Positions 46,442 to 54,584 of a stretch of 64,000 nt of DNA are shown piece after piece. A program made the translations under genes and the position numbers. Under the pieces are notes generated by a model, which was not told where the DNA came from, did not search any database, and saw only the letters and a program-made list of their open reading frames with translations. The stretch covers positions 1 to 64,000 of the IMG/VR virus record IMGVR_UViG_3300009414_000001. The stretch is one strand, 5' to 3'. This stretch comes from a virus. How positions within the stretch are numbered: the first letter of the stretch is position 1; each line of letters opens with the position of its first letter.

Positions 46442-46744
46442 ATGAATCGGTCAAATAGCGAATCAATGGCAGCACTAAGCAAAATAGGTTTAGTAATTAC
46501 ACCTAAAGGTGCAGGACATCACGTTAGCAAATTTCTTAAAAGAAAAGGTATTTCAGCAAATAAAGCAGGGGAAACAATGGGCGTATCTGCCTCTACTGTT
46601 ACCCGTCTTATCGGTGGTGGCTCTCTAACTGAGTCAATGGCAGCTAAATTAGCAGCGCACTATGATCTACCTATTACTATGCTTTTTAATTTAGAAGCAA
46701 GTTTTCACGCACACAATGCGGAAAGTCTATTAGCTACGGCTTAA
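46442..46744 (+). CDS. HigA-family HTH antitoxin/regulator
   Basis: FL...GIS....A..MGVS..TV.RL..G..LT..MA.KLA........L.NL. Confidence 0.75.
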   Translation: MNRSNSESMAALSKIGLVITPKGAGHHVSKFLKRKGISANKAGETMGVSASTVTRLIGGGSLTESMAAKLAAHYDLPITMLFNLEASFHAHNAESLLATA

Positions 46745-46809
46745 TTAAATAGACTTAAAACAAGCCTCTTTATTCACAAGATTAAAGGGGCTTTTTAATG
46801 TCTGAGAAT

Positions 46810-46899
46810 TTACTTTTTTGTTGTGCATCTGTAGCAATCACACCAAAGCGCATGACCATTTTTCTTTTTACGCTTCTTGGGTTTTTCTGGCTTTGGCAT
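46810..46899 (-). CDS. 29-aa basic micro-ORF with HxxxCxCxxC
   Basis: Hand translation MPKPEKPKKRKKKNGHALWCDCYRCTTKK; GAGG upstream. Confidence 0.35.
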   Translation of the reverse strand: MPKPEKPKKRKKKNGHALWCDCYRCTTKK

Positions 46900-46915
46900 A
46901 GAAGCTCTACCTCAT

Positions 46916-47176
46916 TTAATTAATACTACCTACAAACTCAAAACCGCACTTTACTTCGAATGAACCCCATTCAACCGTTTGATGCTCATGTGGTGGTGTT
47001 ATCCTGATACAACTAACTGGTATTCCAGCCGCCAGCACTGCCAATAAACACTCTTCTAAAAACTCCTGAGAATCACGAAAAGCCGCTAACAGGTAGTTTT
47101 CAGGCGGACTAATAAACTCTGCACTTTCAAGCATCTCTTTACTTACGTTTTTCGATAAATATGGAGATATAGCCAT
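46916..47176 (-). CDS. Hypothetical protein
   Basis: 86 aa ORF in operon. Confidence 0.5.
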   Translation of the reverse strand: MAISPYLSKNVSKEMLESAEFISPPENYLLAAFRDSQEFLEECLLAVLAAGIPVSCIRITPPHEHQTVEWGSFEVKCGFEFVGSIN

Positions 47177-47185
47177 AAATCAGCC

Positions 47186-47548
47186 CTACTTAAAATAACG
47201 ATTAAATACGGCGCTGTTAATACCGTAAAATTTAGCAACATCATCGAGATGATAAAGATCAGGAAGCAGCTCACCTTTTTCAATTGCAAAATATGCTTCT
47301 TTGGTGATATTCATCGCCTTGGCAACATCTTCTAATTTTGCTCTTTTCTTAGCTCGTAGATTCCTTAGCAATACAACCAAAGTCATTAAATCATCTTTCG
47401 GCACCATGACTACTTTAACAGTGCTCTTGCATGGTGGTACGCAAGAAAAAGCGCTAATGATCATTTTCTTTTGCGCCTCTATAAACGCAAGAGTGTTCAA
47501 TTCTTGTTTTGACGGATTTATCGACTGAAATTGTAATGTTTTAGACAC
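47186..47548 (-). CDS. XRE-family HTH protein
   Basis: LRNLRAKK....EDVA..MNIT...Y..IEKG...PD...L..VA.FYG. Confidence 0.8.
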   Translation of the reverse strand: MSKTLQFQSINPSKQELNTLAFIEAQKKMIISAFSCVPPCKSTVKVVMVPKDDLMTLVVLLRNLRAKKRAKLEDVAKAMNITKEAYFAIEKGELLPDLYHLDDVAKFYGINSAVFNRYFK

Positions 47549-47562
47549 TTCATATTTCCTAT

Positions 47563-47781
47563 TTAGATTTTTGCTAAACGCTTAGAACGATTTTTCTGCT
47601 CTCTTTGCTCTCGTTTTAGCTTTTTACTTGCAACATACTCGTCGTGTTCCTCAGAGTGTTTTTTGCCTTTTAACTTCGACATTAATCTGCCGTTTAGTTT
47701 CTTAGCCATTTCAACTTCCTTTTTTGTCGTATTTGCGTTTTTCATACCACTCATAGCCACAACCGTGGCATTTATAACCAA
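47563..47781 (-). CDS. Small basic hypothetical protein
   Basis: Likely start at MAKKLNG after GGAAG. Confidence 0.4.
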   Translation of the reverse strand: MVINATVVAMSGMKNANTTKKEVEMAKKLNGRLMSKLKGKKHSEEHDEYVASKKLKREQREQKNRSKRLAKI

Positions 47782-47897
47782 TACATGTCATGCCGCTATA
47801 ACGCTCGACAGGGAAATGTTCTTTGTTATTTTTCTTATGAATAAACACACCTTTCAACCAGTTAATTATTGTCATTTGCCATTCCTATATTAAAAAT

Positions 47898-48146
47898 TTA
47901 ACGTGCGCCAGTTTCATCTTTAAATTTTAACTGCCCCGTAACCCGTCTTTTAGACGCATTTATTTCATCTTGAGAATAACGACCAAAACACCACCTTTTA
48001 AATTCTGACCATTGCCTAGCAGCTTGAGAATTATCACTAAACTCTGACTCTTGATAATACTGCTTCAACCTACCATCAAGAGCCAATATTGCCTCATCAA
48101 CTTTGAATGTTTGTAGGTATTGGCTTTCAAAGCTTTCCTTATTCAT
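47898..48146 (-). CDS. Hypothetical protein
   Basis: 82 aa, AGGAA RBS. Confidence 0.5.
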   Translation of the reverse strand: MNKESFESQYLQTFKVDEAILALDGRLKQYYQESEFSDNSQAARQWSEFKRWCFGRYSQDEINASKRRVTGQLKFKDETGAR

Positions 48147-48161
48147 AAGTGCCGTTTCCTA

Positions 48162-48461
48162 TTACTCGTCCCACTCGCTACGGGGTGGAATATTTATATT
48201 TTCTAAATCTTCAATATGCATACCTAGCTCTGACGCATCTTCACGACTTAGACCTATTTCATTTAGATATTTAACATCAATATCAATACAGTCATTACAC
48301 AACAATGAGCGCAATAACGACCGAAACCTAGCAGAGCGATCAAACTCGTCACCAATGCCTACGCTTATCACTTTGTGAGTTTTACCTTCGTGCTGAATTT
48401 CTCTAGCAAAAGTATCAAGACCAACGACTGAAAGAGTCATTAAATTTGTATCTTCGGACAT
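48162..48461 (-). CDS. Hypothetical protein
   Basis: 99 aa, AGGAA RBS. Confidence 0.5.
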   Translation of the reverse strand: MSEDTNLMTLSVVGLDTFAREIQHEGKTHKVISVGIGDEFDRSARFRSLLRSLLCNDCIDIDVKYLNEIGLSREDASELGMHIEDLENINIPPRSEWDE

Positions 48462-48476
48462 AAAAAAAGTTTCCTA

Positions 48477-48767
48477 TTAAGATAAAAAGCGCTTAACGCA
48501 CTCTTTGGTTGTTAAAAATCTTTCATTTTCGCCTGCTCGATTACAGCAAAGGAAAGGCTCTAGCTCTTCACTAGGTAAAGCACTAGTTCCATACAGCTGC
48601 GCCCTCTTTAACCTTTCGTCTAATCGCTCCAAACCATTAGAGCCTTGTTCTTCTTTTATCAATGAAGTTAGTTGCTCCAAAGTTATCGAAGACACAAACC
48701 TAAAGCCGTCACTAATAGTGCAGTAGAAGTTGTATTTACCTTTGTGGTGACAAATAATCTGAGCCAT
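48477..48767 (-). CDS. Conserved phage hypothetical protein
   Basis: RL.RA...GTS and NRAG.NE..L motifs. Confidence 0.55.
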   Translation of the reverse strand: MAQIICHHKGKYNFYCTISDGFRFVSSITLEQLTSLIKEEQGSNGLERLDERLKRAQLYGTSALPSEELEPFLCCNRAGENERFLTTKECVKRFLS

Positions 48768-49052
48768 TTCGCTTCCTATACGTTATTGATGATCACAATC
48801 TTGGCAAGGCTCACCAAATACAACATCTGAGTACTTACAAATATTGCAAGGGAATGAGAAGCTATGCGGTGACTGCTTTTCGTGCTCAAAATTACTTTTC
48901 TCAACCTTTAATACTTCTATTAAATCCATGTTATCCATTTTACTTCCTACTTAACCTTCGTTTGTTGGTGTCGCTGCTTTAGGGTGAAATAAAGCTCTGT
49001 TAACTGCTATCGAAATTAGTGATTTCTTAAAAAAATACATATGTGCTGTTTC

Positions 49053-49547
49053 CTACACTAAGTTAGTTAGTGAATTAAGTTTTAATTTAACCCTATGCGC
49101 AGCATGATTTGATAACCCTGCATAAGCATCTGTATGTATGAAATGCTCAGCTTGTTCAAGTAACATATCTGAGCTGTCATCAATGATCACATACTGCTTA
49201 AAATTGAATGAATCAGCACCTAGAACCTCTTTATTTTCATAAAGCCATGCTTTGATCTCGTTCCCACGAACAGAATGCTGGCCTAGATGTGGCGTTTGAC
49301 CAACTACCTCACCCGTAACACCGAATACTTTAAGCATTTTTTTGTTTTCGCCTAACCCTGAACATCTCCAAGCTGAACTAATAACAATTTTTGCACCCGT
49401 TTCGTCAGTGATTTTATTAAGATTTTCAACTAGTGATTTATTCATCCAACCATAAGGCAGAACTTTTAAAACGTCAGAACTTTCGCTATTTGAAGCTACT
49501 AGCGCCTTATTCAAAACGCCGTCAATATCTAAGAAAATAATACGCAT
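49053..49547 (-). CDS. HAD-domain protein (Swiss-army-knife RNA-repair-like HAD)
   Basis: IFLDIDGVLN, IVISSAWR, RGNEI..WL, YVIIDD. Confidence 0.85.
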   Translation of the reverse strand: MRIIFLDIDGVLNKALVASNSESSDVLKVLPYGWMNKSLVENLNKITDETGAKIVISSAWRCSGLGENKKMLKVFGVTGEVVGQTPHLGQHSVRGNEIKAWLYENKEVLGADSFNFKQYVIIDDSSDMLLEQAEHFIHTDAYAGLSNHAAHRVKLKLNSLTNLV

Positions 49548-49550
49548 AAT

Positions 49551-49757
49551 TTACCCTGTAATTTTGAGGTTATATTTTTTCTCAAAAGCTTTAATCAAAC
49601 CCTCTTCATGGGTTTTACGTTGAAAAGAGTAATCAACACAATCAGTACACTTAATTCTACTAAAACCTTGCTCCCTGCTTGATTCGATAGATAAAGCCAT
49701 GAAGTCAGCGCCACAATCAGGGCAAGGAATGTCGGATAATTGTTCATACTTGAGCAT
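49551..49757 (-). CDS. Small Zn-ribbon protein
   Basis: CPDCG...CTDC. Confidence 0.55.
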   Translation of the reverse strand: MLKYEQLSDIPCPDCGADFMALSIESSREQGFSRIKCTDCVDYSFQRKTHEEGLIKAFEKKYNLKITG

Positions 49758-49898
49758 GGAACGGCTTCCTTTTTTTTAAAAATCAACACTCACATGAGTA
49801 AAGAACCAGTACAGCAGCTCGCACGCTTTCCATACACCAAGCGATAAAAGAATGATAACTATCCATATCGCTTTAGGTGAAATATCAAAATTAACCAC

Positions 49899-50165
49899 TT
49901 AAATATCCTTACTGATCAACTGACCGTCTAGCTGAGCATTGGCCTTCAATGAAGCTAGGCGCTCTTTTGCGTCATTTACTGATGTAGCCCAAAGCGTGAA
50001 ACTCATTTTTCGCTGTCTCTCGTCTTTGTAGCTGTAGGTGTATTCAAACCAAGTGATGTTATCGTCATCGATAAAGGTACACTGTGGATCGGGTGCGTTT
50101 TTCTTTGCTGAAAAATCACTAATGCTAGTTACGTTATTTTTACTCATTTTGGCTTTATTGCTCAT
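49899..50165 (-). CDS. Conserved phage hypothetical protein
   Basis: WF.Y..SY.......F.LWA.S..DA..RL......A.LDGQL. Confidence 0.55.
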   Translation of the reverse strand: MSNKAKMSKNNVTSISDFSAKKNAPDPQCTFIDDDNITWFEYTYSYKDERQRKMSFTLWATSVNDAKERLASLKANAQLDGQLISKDI

Positions 50166-50358
50166 TTATCATATTTGGGGTTTCCATTTGGCTGTTTTGA
50201 ATGGCTATCGTGATAATAGAACCCCAACCAAGTAGAGCAATTGTAAATGTAGCGAGCAGGAATTTTTTTGCATTTGCGTTAAGTGTTGACCAGTTAACAA
50301 AGTCCAATACAACGGATGTCGTGAGGAAGAAGTTGAGCACACCAAAAAATAAAAACAT
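50155..50358 (-). CDS. Small membrane protein
   Basis: Two hydrophobic helices. Confidence 0.45.
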   Translation of the reverse strand: MFLFFGVLNFFLTTSVVLDFVNWSTLNANAKKFLLATFTIALLGWGSIITIAIQNSQMETPNMINEQ

Positions 50359-50372
50359 AACAATCCTTTTAA

Positions 50373-51206
50373 TTAGTAATTTTCAGAGCGAAGCATCATT
50401 GCTAATCGCCCAGTAACCTTATTCATACAAACCTCATAGCTGATGTTTGCATCATTAATGCAGTCGATAGCCTTTTGAAGCTCTTGGGCTTTAAAGTCTT
50501 TTACCTTTTTACGTGTAGAGCCTGAGAGTTCGTGCAGCTGCTTGGCGTTAGGGGTAAATCGACCGTCATATTTATTACTGGCAATAAAGGCGTGAATGAA
50601 TTTAGCTAATGAATTGCCGCTTAAGGCTTTTCTTTCATAGCTATCTATTCTCGCAAAGCCACCACCACCAAATAACTCATTTAAGCCGTGAGGCAGCACA
50701 ATCGACCAATCTCTTGATACTCGTCTTGTGCCTTTTCCGTCTTCGTCGGTGATGTAAATACTGTATTCAGAAATGAGGTTGAAGCTAAACTGGCGGTTAG
50801 TTGTTTCGTTATTACCGATGTAGCGAATAACATTGCCACTCACTGCGGTATTACGAAGATGGTCTAAGCAATCAATTATCTTTTTTCGGTATCTAGTCTG
50901 TAAAGGCCAACCAAGTGAGTGCAATAATTCAGAACGAGTAAATGAAATAACTTCGCCAGTGTTAACTTTTTTACTTAAATGCAGCAGCTCTAAATAGACA
51001 TCCAAATCATCTTGATTTAAGCCAAAGCCATGGTAATTAACTGTGGTTACACCTTGCTTATTGCTATCAGAGAATATCGTTGACGGCTTGATGCAGCCCT
51101 CTCTTTTTCTATTGCCACGAACTGCAAATAATCCACATTTTATAAATTCTCTTGGTATGGCTCTTTCACCATTTTTCCAGAAAACAATATTAGGTTGCGC
51201 TGACAT
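50373..51206 (-). CDS. TrfA-family replication initiator (candidate lytic initiator)
   Basis: RAIP.....GLF, Y.G..LNQ.DLDV...L.HL, FT...LL..LGW, L..L, R..L....LA..IH.F; start at MSAQPNI (51206). Confidence 0.7.
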   Translation of the reverse strand: MSAQPNIVFWKNGERAIPREFIKCGLFAVRGNRKREGCIKPSTIFSDSNKQGVTTVNYHGFGLNQDDLDVYLELLHLSKKVNTGEVISFTRSELLHSLGWPLQTRYRKKIIDCLDHLRNTAVSGNVIRYIGNNETTNRQFSFNLISEYSIYITDEDGKGTRRVSRDWSIVLPHGLNELFGGGGFARIDSYERKALSGNSLAKFIHAFIASNKYDGRFTPNAKQLHELSGSTRKKVKDFKAQELQKAIDCINDANISYEVCMNKVTGRLAMMLRSENY

Positions 51207-51253
51207 ATACCGCTCATTTTTTTTATTTTGATATCTATTTATAACACAGGATA

Positions 51254-51300
51254 CCCTAACAAATAAAATATTTTTATTAATTTGCTTTATTTTGTTAGGA
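51254..51300. promoter_or_regulatory. Inverted pair of C1-operator-like motifs in a divergent promoter region
   Basis: CCCTAACAAATAAAATA (51254-51270) and GCTTTATTTTGTTAGGA (51284-51300). Confidence 0.6.
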
Positions 51301-51367
51301 TGTTGTGAGATTATCAAAATCGCAAAAAGGCACGAATGCCGATTAATAGCTATAGAAGGGCTTACTC

Positions 51368-51562
51368 ATGACTACAAAGCAAATACCACTAAATACCGTA
51401 ATAACCTTTAAGAATCTTTCTGAAATTAAAGAGGAGTACGGTAGTGATGCCGTAGCTGAGTTTTATGCAGATAAGAAAAAAATGTTAGTACAGCAAGGTA
51501 TGGTTTCCAATGGTGGTTTTGCGGCGAGTCCGTTAACTACAAAAAAAGGAAATGCTCACTAA
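51368..51562 (+). CDS. Hypothetical protein
   Basis: 64 aa, TAATG-coupled to csrA. Confidence 0.5.
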   Translation: MTTKQIPLNTVITFKNLSEIKEEYGSDAVAEFYADKKKMLVQQGMVSNGGFAASPLTTKKGNAH

Positions 51563-51765
51563 TGCTCGTACTAAGCAGAAAAATAGGCAATGCCGACCAG
51601 TCAAAAATTACCGTCTTCACGCCAACAGGTGACAAAATTGTTTTTTGCGCCTTAAGCATGAAAGGAAATTCCGTACAGGTGGGCATTGAAGCCCCTAAAC
51701 CTTATACGGTAATACGAAATGAATTGCTTGACAAAAATGGAGATCCTAAAAGACCTCTCAGATAA
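51562..51765 (+). CDS. csrA: CsrA/RsmA-family RNA-binding regulator
   Basis: MLVLSRK.G...V..GI.AP....V.R.EL. Confidence 0.8.
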   Translation: MLVLSRKIGNADQSKITVFTPTGDKIVFCALSMKGNSVQVGIEAPKPYTVIRNELLDKNGDPKRPLR

Positions 51766-52276
51766 AACGGGCGTCAATGGTGGCATCAGCGTGAACAAAT
51801 CGGGTTCGCGCTATCTCACTTATTATGTGAATACCACTGATAAATCAATCAGCGACAAACCCTCTAAAGGTTTCTGTGTTGGCGTTGAAATCAAAGTAAC
51901 CGAAGAAAGAGCACAGCATGCATTAAAATCAGCATACGCTTATCGGGAAGTTTACGAAACAGCAAGAAAAAACAACACAAAATTTGACAGTAATATATTT
52001 AAAGACTGGCGAAAGCGTTTTGTTTATGCGCCAGAGCTAGACGGAAAGATAACGCCTTTCGGTGAAAAAATAACAGTAGTGAAGGCTTACCCTTTAACGC
52101 TTTTGATCACAGGGAGTACGTCTATTTCTGAGTCACTGGGTAACTGCTTGGCTGACTCATTAAGAGGCTCGAAAATAAAATGCACAGCCCCTCACAAAAA
52201 CAAGGGGGCTAAGGCGATGACATTAGGCGACAAACCCTTAACCTTTTATATCGGTGACGGTTGCGAGGTTGCGTAG
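51719..52276 (+). CDS. Hypothetical protein (TGV.G start recalls AP2-like DNA-binding domains)
   Basis: 185 aa ORF in operon. Confidence 0.5.
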   Translation: MNCLTKMEILKDLSDKTGVNGGISVNKSGSRYLTYYVNTTDKSISDKPSKGFCVGVEIKVTEERAQHALKSAYAYREVYETARKNNTKFDSNIFKDWRKRFVYAPELDGKITPFGEKITVVKAYPLTLLITGSTSISESLGNCLADSLRGSKIKCTAPHKNKGAKAMTLGDKPLTFYIGDGCEVA

Positions 52277-52612
52277 ATGTCGAAAAAGCCCCTTAGCAAG
52301 CAAGCAAAAACACGAAACGCTGTTATCAAGTATTTGATTAGTCATGGCGAGTATAAAACGCCAAAGGAAATCGAAAAGGCCATAGGGATTAGTAGAGAAA
52401 AAATAACACGCTCTATTTCCGATATCAGGCAATGCGAAGATTATATAACGCTTAGCCTGATCAAGCCTTTTCGAGTTCGACTAAAAAGCGTAGCTAAGCA
52501 GGATGAATTGTGGCGAACCGCTCTAAATATTAGAGCGCCAGCGAAGGCAGGAAAAACTAAAAATGAATCATGTACAAAAAACACCTCTAAAGTACGTAGG
52601 CGGAAAAGCTAG
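52277..52612 (+). CDS. Winged-HTH-like protein
   Basis: TPKEIEKAIGISREKITRSI; LWRTAL. Confidence 0.55.
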   Translation: MSKKPLSKQAKTRNAVIKYLISHGEYKTPKEIEKAIGISREKITRSISDIRQCEDYITLSLIKPFRVRLKSVAKQDELWRTALNIRAPAKAGKTKNESCTKNTSKVRRRKS

Positions 52613-53390
52613 GCTCTACGATAAAATAAAGCCTTATTTTCTGAGTTCTAAAAAACAAGCCATTGCAGAGCCGTTTGCTGGCGCTGCTGCAACCTTCTTT
52701 TTATTATCAAAAGAAGGTTTACTGACTGAGCCATCATTGCTTAACGACTTAAGCTCTCCTTTAATTGATTTTTACGAAGAGCTAAAAACCAACCCTCTTG
52801 AGCTTAGTAGTGCCTTAACACAATTCTCTGACTACCATAGTGAGCGCTTCTACTATCACGTTAGGGAATGGGATAGATATGATCAATGCACAAGCCAGCA
52901 GCTAGCCGCTCGTTATTATTACATCAATAGAATTGGCTACAATGGATTGTACAGAGTCAACGGCGACAACCAATGTAATACACCATGGGGGCAGCGAAAG
53001 TCTTTTAATGTAAATCAGCAAAATTTAAACTGGGCTTCTAAGACACTACAGGGTGCTGTACTAGATAGCGCGCAGTATGATAGCTTGCCGATTACTAACG
53101 ATAAATTCTACCTTATCGATCCGCCTTATTATGACACTTTTGACGGCTATACAAACACAAGGGCAGACAAAGCCTTCTATGAACGGTTAAAAGCCTTTAT
53201 TGACGCACTCAACGCCATCGGCGCGCCTTTTTTACTAACAAACTCAAACAATACCTTCATTCAAGAGTTGTTTTCAGAATACAGGCAGCAAGTCGTTAAT
53301 ATCACTTATAGTGTTTCTGGCAAAGTGTCAGGTCGAAAACCTACTACTGAATTATTCATTTCAAACATTGAGATCAACCATGACAACTAA
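52563..53390 (+). CDS. dam: DNA adenine methyltransferase (Dam/D12 class)
   Basis: LKYVGGK, EPFAG, NR.GYNGLYR.N..N..N.P.G, DPPY. Confidence 0.9.
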   Translation: MNHVQKTPLKYVGGKARLYDKIKPYFLSSKKQAIAEPFAGAAATFFLLSKEGLLTEPSLLNDLSSPLIDFYEELKTNPLELSSALTQFSDYHSERFYYHVREWDRYDQCTSQQLAARYYYINRIGYNGLYRVNGDNQCNTPWGQRKSFNVNQQNLNWASKTLQGAVLDSAQYDSLPITNDKFYLIDPPYYDTFDGYTNTRADKAFYERLKAFIDALNAIGAPFLLTNSNNTFIQELFSEYRQQVVNITYSVSGKVSGRKPTTELFISNIEINHDN

Positions 53391-53613
53391 AAAAAAGAAA
53401 AGTAACAAAGAAATAAACGACAGCAAAGGTTACATTTTTAGTGTCGAGGGCGGAAAAAGAAAATGCGCAAGAGAGTCAGGTGAGGAAAGAAAAAAGAGCA
53501 GACCTAACGAGGAAACTATTAAAGCAAGGGAGCGCAGAGAGAAGCTTGATAGCATTGCGAGGAAAAAGGAACTCTTGTCGCTTGAGCAAGAGTTCGACTA
53601 TCTTGATTATTAA
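53380..53613 (+). CDS. Small basic hypothetical protein
   Basis: MTTKKKK..., overlaps the dam stop. Confidence 0.45.
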   Translation: MTTKKKKSNKEINDSKGYIFSVEGGKRKCARESGEERKKSRPNEETIKARERREKLDSIARKKELLSLEQEFDYLDY

Positions 53614-54584
53614 GCTTTGTTATTAAAGTTAGGCTCTTCCTCGTAACTTTCAAAGCTTTTACCTTCATTAGCTGTAGCGGTGTCCTGTGAAGCCGTTACA
53701 TTGTTAGCGCTGGCTAACATCAACTTATCTTGCTCTGACATATTGCCAACACTCGCCAAAATCATTGTTAATGCTTCGTTTGGCTCACCAGTGCTTTGCA
53801 ATGCAAGCGCCTTTGTTTCCTCAGTCACAAAAACAGGTAACCTTTCAATACATGCCAGCATAAGCGCTTGGCTGTCAGCGCGGGCTTTTTCAGACGCTTG
53901 CTCGATGTCAGAAATCTTCTGATCTTCTTTGTTATCGTTAGCTAAGTGCATTAATTCAAGCTCTTCGACAACGCTGTTGTGCTCAACACGACTTACAGAG
54001 TCATCAGCATCCAAGGCTTCATACTTTTCGTTAGCTTCTGACTCACTTAAGCCGCTTTTGACTAAAGATGCGATGATATCTTCTCTTGATGGCGCAGTAC
54101 TCGCCAGCATCATATTTTCAGTGCTGATATAGTTAGGGCGCTTAACATAATCAATACCAGCAAAATCAGTCATAATGCGATGACCGTTTGCTGAGTTCGT
54201 CGCCCAAGACCAGCCACCTACATTAGAGTCAATCATTACAGACATTGCCTTGCCGCCATCGGTATCATAGATTTCTTGAGTAAAATCCACAGTCCCATCG
54301 TCAGAAACAGACAGGTGAGTCGTGCGACAATCTGGTACAACATTAACCTTAGTGCCTTCAATGAACTCAACGTCACTAGGGCGCAATTTACCCGTTTTAG
54401 CACGCACTTCATGACCAAAATAGCCATAATGCTCGCCAAGCTCAAAGCCCTGCTTTACAAGCGGTGCATCAAGTGTTTTTCTTATACTGGCAATAGCAGG
54501 CATAAAATTTTGACTGTCAATTCTGCCGCTATTGAATAAATTAAATTTATCGCTAACCGTTCTTAATACGCTAGGTTTTTTCAT
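53610..54584 (-). CDS. pro: Prohead protease (P1 Pro; clan SH fold) with a scaffold-like tail
   Basis: LGE.YGY.GH..R, GGWSWA, F.G.DYV..PNY.S; repeated MLAS motifs. Confidence 0.9.
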   Translation of the reverse strand: MKKPSVLRTVSDKFNLFNSGRIDSQNFMPAIASIRKTLDAPLVKQGFELGEHYGYFGHEVRAKTGKLRPSDVEFIEGTKVNVVPDCRTTHLSVSDDGTVDFTQEIYDTDGGKAMSVMIDSNVGGWSWATNSANGHRIMTDFAGIDYVKRPNYISTENMMLASTAPSREDIIASLVKSGLSESEANEKYEALDADDSVSRVEHNSVVEELELMHLANDNKEDQKISDIEQASEKARADSQALMLACIERLPVFVTEETKALALQSTGEPNEALTMILASVGNMSEQDKLMLASANNVTASQDTATANEGKSFESYEEEPNFNNKA

